From positions 210,001 through 242,000 of the forward strand of contig JANQNC010000001.1 of NCBI GenBank assembly GCA_028279745.1: a stretch of DNA of 32,000 nt, in the 5' to 3' direction. The stretch is from Candidatus Nanoarchaeia archaeon (GTDB taxonomy: Archaea > Nanobdellota > Nanobdellia > Woesearchaeales > JANQNC01). The notes beneath the pieces are model-generated. The model ran no database searches. It saw nothing but the letters and a program-made list of their open reading frames with translations, and was not told the DNA's origin. This document shows positions 8,584-16,753 of this stretch, one piece after another. How positions within the stretch are numbered: position 1 is the first letter of the stretch; each line of letters begins with the position of its first letter. Made by a program: the position numbers and the translations under genes.

Positions 8584-9240
8584 ATGGCAAAAATAAAGAA
8601 AGGAGATTTTGTAGAACTAGACTACGATGGATACGTAAAAGAAGAAAACATAATGTTTGACACAACAGACGAGAAAAAGGCTAAGGAGAATAACATATAC
8701 AGTCAAAAATCAGAATATGGCAAGATAATCATATGCGTGGGAGAACACCAAATCCTAAAAGGCATAGACAAAACACTAGAAGGAAAAGAACCCGGAGAGT
8801 ATGAGATTGAGTTAACTCCAGAAGACGCATTTGGAAAAAAAGATTCAAAATTGCTGAAGCTGATACCTTCTTCTGCTTTCAAAAAAGCAGATATACAACC
8901 GATGGTGGGATTACAGGTTAACATAGACAACGCAATAGGAACAATAAGATCAGTAAACGGCGGAAGAATAATCGTGGATTTTAACCACCCACTAAGCGGA
9001 AAAGACATCAAATACTCATTAAAAATTGACAGGATAGTAGAAGATGACGTTGAAAAAGTAAATTCTATCATAAGTTTGGCGCTAGGAGTCAAGGATGCAA
9101 AAACTGAAATAAAAGACGGCAAAGCTGCTGTGAAGTTTAACAATGCATCAAAACTACCTGACGAGGTAAAAACAAAATTACCTGAAAAAATAACCGAATT
9201 AGTTGAAAACGTCAAAGAAGTCGAATTTAGCGAGCCATAA
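8584..9240 (+). CDS. FKBP-type peptidyl-prolyl cis-trans isomerase (archaeal long type with insert-in-flap and C-terminal domain)
   Basis: SD AAGGAGGA. MAKIKKGDFVELDYDGYVKE...FDTT, ILKGIDKTLEGKEPGE, GGRIIVDFNHPLSGKDIKYSLKI. These are typical SlyD/archaeal FKBP signatures. Confidence 0.85.
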   Translation: MAKIKKGDFVELDYDGYVKEENIMFDTTDEKKAKENNIYSQKSEYGKIIICVGEHQILKGIDKTLEGKEPGEYEIELTPEDAFGKKDSKLLKLIPSSAFKKADIQPMVGLQVNIDNAIGTIRSVNGGRIIVDFNHPLSGKDIKYSLKIDRIVEDDVEKVNSIISLALGVKDAKTEIKDGKAAVKFNNASKLPDEVKTKLPEKITELVENVKEVEFSEP

Positions 9241-9340
9241 AGTAAGATTTATATATGAGTGTGCCTACTTTAGAATAAATACTACTTTGAACTACATCAA
9301 AGTTAAACATAATCTCTAAATTGCGGGGTGTTGGGGAAAA

Positions 9341-10555
9341 TTGACAGACTTTATAGAAGATATTAAGAGAGAAGTAAATGAAGAGCTAGATAAGGCAACA
9401 GAAGAAGAAAAAGAAGTTATTGAAGAACAGAAAGAAGAAGAATTCTCATACAACGATGAAGAATCATTTTCAGATGTGCCAGAACAACCAAAAAGATCTC
9501 TAAAAAGTAATGATGTTGATAACGAATTAGCAAGCCTATTGTCAAAACATAAAGCAACAATCAAAGTAATAGGTTGTGGCGGTGGCGGAAACAACACAAT
9601 CAACAGAATAACTGAAGTTGGCGTGTTTGGAGCAGAAACAATAGCCATAAACACGGACGCACAAGATCTGTTGATTGCAACTGCAGATAAAAAAATTCTA
9701 ATCGGAAGAGATATTTCTAAAGGACTTGGAGCAGGATCCATACCAAAAATAGGAGAAGATGCAGCAAAAGAGTCAGAAAATGAAATTAAAGAATCACTAA
9801 AAGGAGCAGACCTAGTATTCGTAACATGTGGACTTGGAGGCGGAACCGGAACAGGTTCAGCACCAGTTGTAGCAGAGATAGCAAAAAAGTTAGGCGCTTT
9901 AACTGTAGGGATAGTAACTGTGCCATTCGCAATGGAAGGCAACAGAAGATACGAGAACGCTATTTACGGGTTAGAAAAACTAGAAAAAGTATTGGATACC
10001 ATGATCTTGATAACCAACGATAAATTACTGGAATTAGCACCAGATCTACCACTACAAACCTCATTCAAAGTAGCAGACGAGATATTAACAAACGCTGTAA
10101 AAGGCATTGCAGAACTAGTAACCAAGACAGGACTAGTGAACCTAGATTTTGCAGATATCAAGACAGTAATGGGCAACGGAGGTGTTGCGCTGATAGGAGT
10201 TGGAGAGTCAGACTCAGAATCAAGCGCGATGGAAGCTGTTGAAAAGGCTTTGAATAATCCTCTTCTTGAAGTAGACATAGAAGGCTCAAACGGAGCTTTG
10301 ATCAACGTAGCAGGAGGGCCAGATATGACCCTAGAAGAGGCAAAGATAATAGTAGAAACTGTTACAGAAAAGATGGACCAGAATGCAAGGGTAATATGGG
10401 GAGCCCAAATAGAGGACGATTTAGAAGGTATTATAAAGGTAATGTTAATTATCACAGGCGTAAGGAGCTCACAGATATTCGGGCCCGACAAAACCGTAAG
10501 TGATAAAAAGAGAAGCGAAATTGAGGATGAATTAGGAATCAAGTTCGTTGATTAA
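9341..10555 (+). CDS. ftsZ: cell division GTPase FtsZ
   Basis: [17 protein letters not shown] and the tubulin signature [22 protein letters not shown] start, since there is no in-frame ATG before the GTPase core. About 65 aa of acidic N-terminal extension. Confidence 0.95.
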   Translation: MTDFIEDIKREVNEELDKATEEEKEVIEEQKEEEFSYNDEESFSDVPEQPKRSLKSNDVDNELASLLSKHKATIKVIGCGGGGNNTINRITEVGVFGAETIAINTDAQDLLIATADKKILIGRDISKGLGAGSIPKIGEDAAKESENEIKESLKGADLVFVTCGLGGGTGTGSAPVVAEIAKKLGALTVGIVTVPFAMEGNRRYENAIYGLEKLEKVLDTMILITNDKLLELAPDLPLQTSFKVADEILTNAVKGIAELVTKTGLVNLDFADIKTVMGNGGVALIGVGESDSESSAMEAVEKALNNPLLEVDIEGSNGALINVAGGPDMTLEEAKIIVETVTEKMDQNARVIWGAQIEDDLEGIIKVMLIITGVRSSQIFGPDKTVSDKKRSEIEDELGIKFVD

Positions 10556-10572
10556 AAAAAGGGGTTTAAAAA

Positions 10573-10761
10573 ATGATTCAGAAGTTAAAAAGTTTTACTA
10601 AAGAGTGCTGGAGAGTATTAAGGGTAACCAAAAAACCAGACAAGTACGAGTTCTCCACAATTGTGAAGGTGACATCAATAGGACTTACAATAATAGGACT
10701 GATAGGTATGATAATATACCTGATAACAGAAGGCATCAAGAATGCATTGAGGCCGATATGA
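10573..10761 (+). CDS. secE: protein translocase subunit SecE / Sec61-gamma
   Basis: 62 aa: ECWRVLRVTKKPDKYEF, then a single TM helix IGLTIIGLIGMIIYLI. Conserved position upstream of spt5. Confidence 0.85.
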   Translation: MIQKLKSFTKECWRVLRVTKKPDKYEFSTIVKVTSIGLTIIGLIGMIIYLITEGIKNALRPI

Positions 10762-10773
10762 GGAAATAAAAAA

Positions 10774-11523
10774 ATGACAGAAGATAATGAGAAACACGTA
10801 GAAAGCTTAGAAGAAGCGAAAAAAGAGATCAAAAAGATAGAAGAAGAGCAAGCAGAACCCGCAAATGTTGAAGAACATGAACTAACAGAATCAGAAAAAG
10901 ATTCAGTTTCAGAGCTAGATGAAGAGCTAAAAGAAACAAAAGAAGATTTAGAAAAAATGTCAGGCCTTCCAAAAATGAGAGGCGGAACATTAGAAAAAGA
11001 AGACGAAGAAGAAAAAGAAGACGAAGAAGTGAAAGAAGAAGAGAAAACCATCTCTGAAATAGAAACTCACATTTTCGCATTAAGAACAACAGCAAACAGA
11101 GAAGACCAGGTTATGGACTTTGTTTCAAGCAATGCAACCAAGAAAAAATTAGGAGTTTACTCCATAATAAGACCTCATGGCATGAGAGGATACATATTCT
11201 TAGAAGCAGGATCAAGAATAGAAGCAGAGCAAGCTGCTTACAACGTGCCATACGCAAGAGGAATATTACCAAATGAAGTTCAATACAACGAAATAGAAAA
11301 CATGTTAGAACAGGTCAAAAAAGAGATCAACATGCAGAAAAATGATATTGCAGAGATCATTTCTGGACCATTCAAGAGAGAACAGTGTAAGATTACAAGA
11401 ATAGACGCAGCAAAAGAAGAAGTTGTTGTTGAACTACTAGAATCTGCGGTCCCAATTCCGATTACTTTGAAAATAGATGCATTAAAAGTAATCAGAAGAG
11501 AAGACGAAGAAGATGAGGAATAA
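10774..11523 (+). CDS. spt5: transcription elongation factor Spt5 (archaeal NusG) with a long acidic N-terminal extension
   Basis: NGN domain (HIFALRTTANREDQVMDFV, GYIFLEA) and KOW (IAEIISGPFKREQCKITRID, AVPIPITL). About 95 aa of Glu/Lys-rich sequence precedes the NGN domain. Confidence 0.9.
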   Translation: MTEDNEKHVESLEEAKKEIKKIEEEQAEPANVEEHELTESEKDSVSELDEELKETKEDLEKMSGLPKMRGGTLEKEDEEEKEDEEVKEEEKTISEIETHIFALRTTANREDQVMDFVSSNATKKKLGVYSIIRPHGMRGYIFLEAGSRIEAEQAAYNVPYARGILPNEVQYNEIENMLEQVKKEINMQKNDIAEIISGPFKREQCKITRIDAAKEEVVVELLESAVPIPITLKIDALKVIRREDEEDEE

Positions 11524-11545
11524 TTTTCCCCATATTTTTTTCTTT

Positions 11546-11968
11546 TTACAAATATTGTAAAACTTCATCAGGATTATGAGTCAATAGACGATCTGCTAGT
11601 TTAACTTCAGGCTCAGCAACATTGTGAACCATCAAAAACTCATCAGTATCTTCTTCAATCATCATTCCTTCAAGAACTTTCAATTCTTCAGGTGTGAAAA
11701 TGTTCTTTTCAATACCATACGCAATAGCTCCAGGGTTCTCATACAAAGAACTTGGTTGCTTGACTGCATTCTTGTACCATGCTCTTGCTTCTTCCTTCAA
11801 AGGGTCTTCAACTGCAGACTCTAGCTCCTGTCTAGTAACTCTGCCTTCATTAAACAACTGTTGTGCTTCTTTATAATGTTGTTCAATCATAACACCAGGG
11901 TGTCCTGCACTTGACAGAACGATAATAAAATTTTTTGCTGTATAATCCTTGTCTCCATTCATTTTCAT
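11546..11968 (-). CDS. hypothetical protein (140 aa), translationally coupled to yjbQ
   Basis: Its start overlaps the yjbQ stop as ATGA at 11965-11968. No recognisable motif. Confidence 0.6.
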   Translation of the reverse strand: MKMNGDKDYTAKNFIIVLSSAGHPGVMIEQHYKEAQQLFNEGRVTRQELESAVEDPLKEEARAWYKNAVKQPSSLYENPGAIAYGIEKNIFTPEELKVLEGMMIEEDTDEFLMVHNVAEPEVKLADRLLTHNPDEVLQYL

Positions 11969-12381
11969 TCCTCCCCAATTATCTTCACCATAATCCTCTT
12001 TTTTCTTCTGCCGTCAAACTCCCCATAGAAAATCTGCTCCCAAGGGCCAAAGTCCAGTTTATTGTCTGTTATTGCAACAGTAACTTCTCTGCCCATTATA
12101 GTTCTCCAAATGTGAGCATAACCATTATCTTCACCAGTATCATTATGTCTGTATTCATCATCTTGTGGGGCTAGTTTTTCTAAGAAATCTTTGAAATCTT
12201 GCTTTAGCCCTGATTCCTCATCATTTATGAAAACAGAAGCAGTTATATGCATCGCATTAACTAAGCAAAATCCTTCTTTGATCTTGCTTTCTTTAACCAA
12301 CTCTTGTATTTTAGATGTTATGTTGATGAACTGAACTCGGTCTTCTGTGTCTAGTACTAGATGTTTTGTTAATGATTTCAT
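11965..12381 (-). CDS. yjbQ: YjbQ/UPF0047 family protein (secondary thiamine-phosphate synthase-like)
   Basis: [48 protein letters not shown] and [13 protein letters not shown] match the YjbQ family. The track ORF starts at TTG 12474. The ATG at 12381 (MKSLTKH) gives the family-typical length of about 138 aa. Confidence 0.8.
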   Translation of the reverse strand: MKSLTKHLVLDTEDRVQFINITSKIQELVKESKIKEGFCLVNAMHITASVFINDEESGLKQDFKDFLEKLAPQDDEYRHNDTGEDNGYAHIWRTIMGREVTVAITDNKLDFGPWEQIFYGEFDGRRKKRIMVKIIGEE

Positions 12382-12576
12382 CTTAGCTGGAAAAAAGGAG
12401 TCCTTTATATGTTTTTTCCCCAAATCATATATTAACTGTGCTCGCAAAACTCGCACTTTTCTAAAAATTCTCAAGAATCTAACCTTTAGGATTGGTTGAA
12501 TTTTAGGGGTATTTAAACAAAAAAATTAGGTTTAAATAACCTAAAGTTAGGAATTAGTTAAAAAAGAGGTGATAGT

Positions 12577-12672
12577 TTGAAGAAAGTTCTAAAGAGTAGT
12601 CTGGGGAATGTAGTCAGTTATAAGGATAAATCAGAGCTTCCTTTGTGGCTAAAACCTAAGAAGAATTGTTAA
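12577..12672 (+). CDS. candidate 31-aa small ORF (TTG start, strong SD)
   Basis: AGAGGTGAT, then 2 nt, then TTG. This is the same SD and nearly the same spacing as the gene at 7815. It reads (M)KKVLKSSLGNVVSYKDKSELPLWLKPKKNC. It is below the track size cutoff and its last 4 nt overlap the convergent proS end. Confidence 0.2.
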   Translation: MKKVLKSSLGNVVSYKDKSELPLWLKPKKNC

Positions 12673-14102
12673 TATGCTTTAGCAACATAGACCATACAAG
12701 TAGCATCTTTGTCGCATTGAACACATTTGCCTTTAGGTTTCTTATCAGAAATATTCCTGGTTGTAGCACCACCCGTCTTGTCTTTAATCCAATCTTCGCA
12801 ATCGTCTTGGTTACAGAAAGGAGCTAAAGCCATCTTCTTGTCTTGAATAACTTTCATAAGTTCATTCTCATCTTTAACTTCAACAACACTCTCTTCAAAC
12901 AACTTTTTAGAATTATCGTAAAGAGTTGTTTCTAAATCTTCAATCTCTTTAAGAACTGTCTCTTTAACATCTTCAATCTTAACAGTTTGTTTTTCACCTT
13001 TATCCCGTCTGACCATAACAACTTGATTGTTCTCTACATCTCTCGGACCAATCTCAATTCTGATTGGTGTGCCTTTCAGCTCTGCTTGGTTAAACTTCCA
13101 ACCAGGAGAATAAGAGTCACGGTCATCAATAAAAACTCTCAGATCCTTTAATGAATCCGCAATCTTTGTACATTCATCCAAAACAGTCTCTTTAGAATCT
13201 TCCCGGAATATCGGGATTATCACAACCTGTGTAGGGGCGATCTTTGGAGGTAATACTAAACCTTTATCATCGCCGTGAGTCATGATCATAATACCTAAAA
13301 CTCTTGTAGTGATAGCAAAAGTGTTTTGCCAAGCAAACTCTTTCTTGCCCTCTTTATCTAAAAAGTTAATATCAAATGCCTTTGCAAAATTTTGCCCATC
13401 ATGATGAAAATCAGGACCCTGTATAGCTTTTCCAGAAGGTAAAAACATCTCAATACTGACTGTGTATTCAGCACCTGCAAACTTTTCCTTTTCAGACTTT
13501 TTACCAGCAACCCCATACAAGCAACAGTACTCCTTCAAAATGTCTGTGTAAATGTCAATTATCTGATCTTTTTCAGCTTCAGCTTCTTCTTTAGTTGCAA
13601 AAACAGTGTGGCCTTCATTCCACAAGAACTCCCTAGTTCTCATAAAAGCAACTGGATGCTTGAATTCCCATCTAACAACATTGTTCCACTGATTAATCCT
13701 TAAAGGCAAATCTCTCCAAGATTTGATCCATTTAGAATAAGAAGGATACATTATAGTTTCAGAAGTAGGTCTAACTGCAAGCCTTTCACTTAGCTCAGTA
13801 TCTCCTGCTTGAGTTACCCATGCAACTTCAGGAGCAAAACCTTCAACATGCTCTTCTTCTTTTGCCAAAAACTTTTCAGGGATGAATAAAGGAAAGTAAG
13901 CATTCTTAAGTCCTATCTCTTTGAACTTTTTATCAGTTGCTTGTTGAATTATTTCCCACATAAAATAAGAATCAGGCCTGAAAACCATACAACCAGACAC
14001 ATCAGAATAGTCTGCTAATTCAGACTTTTGCATCAAGTCAGTGTACCATTTGCTTATGTCTTCATCCTTCTTGACTTCAATAACTTTATTGTCCTTAGCC
14101 AT
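12669..14102 (-). CDS. proS: prolyl-tRNA synthetase, archaeal/eukaryotic type
   Basis: Class II motifs (FRPDSYFMW, RPTSETIMYP, FMRTREFLWNEGHT, TTRVLG), a Cys cluster in the C-terminal domain, and the characteristic C-terminal Tyr (AKAY). Confidence 0.95.
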   Translation of the reverse strand: MAKDNKVIEVKKDEDISKWYTDLMQKSELADYSDVSGCMVFRPDSYFMWEIIQQATDKKFKEIGLKNAYFPLFIPEKFLAKEEEHVEGFAPEVAWVTQAGDTELSERLAVRPTSETIMYPSYSKWIKSWRDLPLRINQWNNVVRWEFKHPVAFMRTREFLWNEGHTVFATKEEAEAEKDQIIDIYTDILKEYCCLYGVAGKKSEKEKFAGAEYTVSIEMFLPSGKAIQGPDFHHDGQNFAKAFDINFLDKEGKKEFAWQNTFAITTRVLGIMIMTHGDDKGLVLPPKIAPTQVVIIPIFREDSKETVLDECTKIADSLKDLRVFIDDRDSYSPGWKFNQAELKGTPIRIEIGPRDVENNQVVMVRRDKGEKQTVKIEDVKETVLKEIEDLETTLYDNSKKLFEESVVEVKDENELMKVIQDKKMALAPFCNQDDCEDWIKDKTGGATTRNISDKKPKGKCVQCDKDATCMVYVAKAY

Positions 14103-14173
14103 TCATTCTACGATTAAAAAACGATATTTAAAGTTTTCTATTAGAGGACATAAACGTTATATACTACAGTTAA

Positions 14174-14971
14174 ATGTTTAAGAATATGAGTAATAGGGTG
14201 CTGTTTGAGAAACCAAGACTAAAAACGCTGAATGGTCTAGGGTACAAATGTTTTGACTTACATTATCACACTAGATATTCTGATGGAAAGAATGGAGTGA
14301 AAATAGCGATAAAGAAAGCAAACCGGCTTAGATTTGGGTTTGCAGTCACAGACCATGATGAGATAAGGGGTGCAGTAGAAGCACACAGAAGAAAAGAATG
14401 CACAATCATACCTGGGATAGAGGTAACATCAAGAGAGCTGTATGATTTATTAGTTTATTTCTATGATGTCAATGATCTAATAGAATTTTATGTAAAACAC
14501 ATCAGGAAAGAGAAACAAAATCCCGGACTACTAAGAATCAAAAGAACAAAACTAAGTTTTGTAAGTGTGTTAGAAGCAGCAGAAGACTACAATTGTTTAA
14601 TCGCTCCCGCACACCCATTCGCAATGAGACCAAAAACATCTTATGAAATATTTGAAGAACACCCAAGCTTACTGAAAAAATTTGATGCAATAGAGACAAT
14701 AAACGGCACGATGACCCAAAACCAAAACATAAAATGTTTCAACTGGGCGCAAAAACTTGACAAACCTATGATCGGAGGGAGCGATGCACACGCAGTTGCA
14801 CAGCTAGGTTCAATAATAAACGCTGTAAAAGAAGATTCAGTTGAAGGTGTATTGAATGCAATAAAGAAAGAGAAACACATATTAATCGGAAAAGGGTTAA
14901 ATGTAGCATCACTATATTATCATAATCTAGAGGTAATAAGAAAAAACATATTTAACGAGATAAAACGATGA
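14174..14971 (+). CDS. PHP-domain metal-dependent phosphoesterase
   Basis: Canonical PHP motifs DLHYHTRYSDG, AVTDHD, APAHPF, GGSDAHA. Confidence 0.8.
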   Translation: MFKNMSNRVLFEKPRLKTLNGLGYKCFDLHYHTRYSDGKNGVKIAIKKANRLRFGFAVTDHDEIRGAVEAHRRKECTIIPGIEVTSRELYDLLVYFYDVNDLIEFYVKHIRKEKQNPGLLRIKRTKLSFVSVLEAAEDYNCLIAPAHPFAMRPKTSYEIFEEHPSLLKKFDAIETINGTMTQNQNIKCFNWAQKLDKPMIGGSDAHAVAQLGSIINAVKEDSVEGVLNAIKKEKHILIGKGLNVASLYYHNLEVIRKNIFNEIKR

Positions 14972-15369
14972 TCAGGATCATAGCAGTTGGAAAGGTGAAA
15001 GAGAAAGGAATTCTTGATCTGATCAATGAGTACCTTAAAAGAATGCAAGGAAAAGTTGAAATTATCGAAGTAAGAGATCTAGGAAAAGAAAAAGAAGGAG
15101 AGAAGATAATGTCCTTGTGTGAAGGGAAGAAAATAATTGCGATGGACGAGACAGGGAAAGAATATACTTCAGAAGAGTTTTCTGATAAGATTGATGGGGA
15201 TATGGTTTTTGTAATTGGCGGGCCAGAAGGACTTTCTGATAACGTGAAGAAGAATGAAAAGATAGCACTTTCTAGAATGACATTCACACACGAGATGGCA
15301 AGATTATTCTTAGTAGAACAGATCTATAGAACTTTCCAGATAAAAAAAGGGACAAAGTATCATAAGTAA
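14968..15369 (+). CDS. rlmH: SPOUT methyltransferase RlmH/YbeA family (23S rRNA m3-pseudouridine methyltransferase-like)
   Basis: MIRIIAVGKVKEKG, VFVIGGPEGLS, LSRMTFTHEMARLFLVEQIYR. ATGA overlap with the upstream PHP gene. Confidence 0.85.
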   Translation: MIRIIAVGKVKEKGILDLINEYLKRMQGKVEIIEVRDLGKEKEGEKIMSLCEGKKIIAMDETGKEYTSEEFSDKIDGDMVFVIGGPEGLSDNVKKNEKIALSRMTFTHEMARLFLVEQIYRTFQIKKGTKYHK

Positions 15370-15389
15370 GGGCAAAAAATAAAAAAGAG

Positions 15390-15662
15390 TTATTTTTTAG
15401 TTGGCACTCCTGATTGTTTTGCAATCCTAAGATATCTTAGGTAATGCTCATCCATAAACGCTCCGCCACAAACGTCTGATTCTAAGAATTGGAATACATC
15501 GTAATTAGCAAGCCCCAATTCAATTTTTAGGTTTATTAGTGCATCTTTTGACAAGGCATTGTTCTTAAACTGATCTGCGTTTGTATTAATCTCTAGCTGC
15601 AATCTTGAAGGGTTCTTACTATTCTTCGGGTTATATCGCGGCATGTATTGGGGATTTGTCAT
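15390..15662 (-). CDS. small conserved hypothetical protein, paralog B of 7815-8078
   Basis: YDVFQFLESDVCGG and YLRYLR align with paralog A. The track start is GTG at 15671. The ATG at 15662 sits 5 nt after AGGTGA, so it is preferred. Confidence 0.65.
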   Translation of the reverse strand: MTNPQYMPRYNPKNSKNPSRLQLEINTNADQFKNNALSKDALINLKIELGLANYDVFQFLESDVCGGAFMDEHYLRYLRIAKQSGVPTKK

Positions 15663-15693
15663 AAATTTCACCTATACAAGGAGTATATGAGTA

Positions 15694-15722
15694 CTACTAT
15701 TTAAATCTTTCGTTTTTTAACC
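15694..15722 (-). promoter_or_regulatory. BRE/TATA promoter block conserved with 7753-7781
   Basis: The reverse complement reads GGTTAAAAAACGAAAGATTTAAATAGTAG. The further-upstream ATGTTACYACT is also shared with the paralog A upstream region. Confidence 0.6.
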
Positions 15723-15786
15723 CCTAAATAGTAGTAACATATAACTGAGAAAACCACTAAATGCAGATCAAAATAATATTTGGGCA

Positions 15787-16590
15787 CTATAAAGCAGCAA
15801 CAACTGCTTTAGCATCCTGCGACTTCTTCCTTAAGTTTTCATCTCTAAGAACTAACTTAACAACTTTACCATAATCTTGAGAACCCTTGCCTCTTTTATC
15901 ATAAGCAAATATAGACTTCTTTGCTACCGGCGCTTCCTTAATCTTTGTGTTAATCCTTATAGGTTCAGTTGCAATCGTGGGGAAAGTACTCTGGATCTTC
16001 TTAAAGGTTTTCTTGCAAATGTTGCTTCTAGCATCATACAAGGTAGGAACTATCTTAGTTACCCGAATGTCATGATCATAATATTCATTCAAACTGTCAA
16101 TGAAAGATATCATCTTCTCCAAAGCTTCATAACCCAAAGGGTCTGTTGATGCAGGAATTATCGCTTCATCACAGAATAATAGCGCGTTTCTGTTGAACAA
16201 GTTCAGAGAAGGCGGACAGTCAATGATAACATAATCATACCCTTTGATCGTCTCAAGCTTTTCCTTAAGGTAATGCTCTTTGCCTTTTTCACTCATCATG
16301 TAAATCTCAACTTCAGCAAGCTTCTTATCTGATTTTAGAATGTCAAAATTTTTACCAAGATGAACAATACACTCCTGTAATGAAATCTTTTCAGTCAGAA
16401 AATTAAAAATATCATTGTGGTTGTCAACATCTAAACAACTATTCACATTGCCTTGCGCATCCAAGTCTATAACTAAGACCTTTCTATCCTGCATAGCAAG
16501 TCCCGCAGCAATATTAACAGAAGTCGTTGTTTTTCCAACACCACCTTTATGATTAATAACACAAATCTTCCTCATACTATCAGTCCTCAT
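15787..16590 (-). CDS. ParA/MinD-family P-loop ATPase
   Basis: Deviant Walker A KICVINHKGGVGKTTTSVNIA, VLVIDLDAQGN, DYVIIDCPPSL. Confidence 0.85.
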   Translation of the reverse strand: MRTDSMRKICVINHKGGVGKTTTSVNIAAGLAMQDRKVLVIDLDAQGNVNSCLDVDNHNDIFNFLTEKISLQECIVHLGKNFDILKSDKKLAEVEIYMMSEKGKEHYLKEKLETIKGYDYVIIDCPPSLNLFNRNALLFCDEAIIPASTDPLGYEALEKMISFIDSLNEYYDHDIRVTKIVPTLYDARSNICKKTFKKIQSTFPTIATEPIRINTKIKEAPVAKKSIFAYDKRGKGSQDYGKVVKLVLRDENLRKKSQDAKAVVAAL

Positions 16591-16643
16591 TACTATTAAA
16601 TAGAAAAAAACAAAGAAGCAATATATAAAGTTTTGTATTTAAT

Positions 16644-16708
16644 AGACTCCTCAGCTTGATAGTTTCTGTCCTTGATGACAAAGTGACCAAATATCTTCAT
16701 CGGAGTCT
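16644..16708 (-). ncRNA. weak C/D-box sRNA-like candidate
   Basis: The minus strand reads AGACUCC-GAUGAAG...CAAG-CUGA-GGAGUCU. That is a 7-bp terminal stem enclosing a C-box-like GAUGA at the 5' end and a perfect D box CUGA at the 3' end, 65 nt in total. The C box lacks the usual RU prefix and the internal C'/D' boxes are not convincing. Confidence 0.25.
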
Positions 16709-16753
16709 GTATTAACAGTTTATTGCAAAAGAAGTTTATTAAAGTTTTGTTAA

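Noticed and set aside
8703-11095. Long antisense ORFs (8703-9215, 9316-9942, 9964-10542, 10578-11051, 10829-11095), some 150-200 aa
   Set aside because: They lie opposite the well-supported FKBP, ftsZ, secE and spt5 genes. Their products are low-complexity Ser/Phe/Leu-rich translations of the complement of Glu/Lys-rich codons. They are shadow ORFs.
12382-12474. TTG-initiated 31-aa N-terminal extension of yjbQ
   Set aside because: YjbQ family proteins are about 138 aa and align from MKSLTKH. The extension is not family-like. It remains a possible alternative start because a TATA box lies about 35 nt upstream of the TTG.
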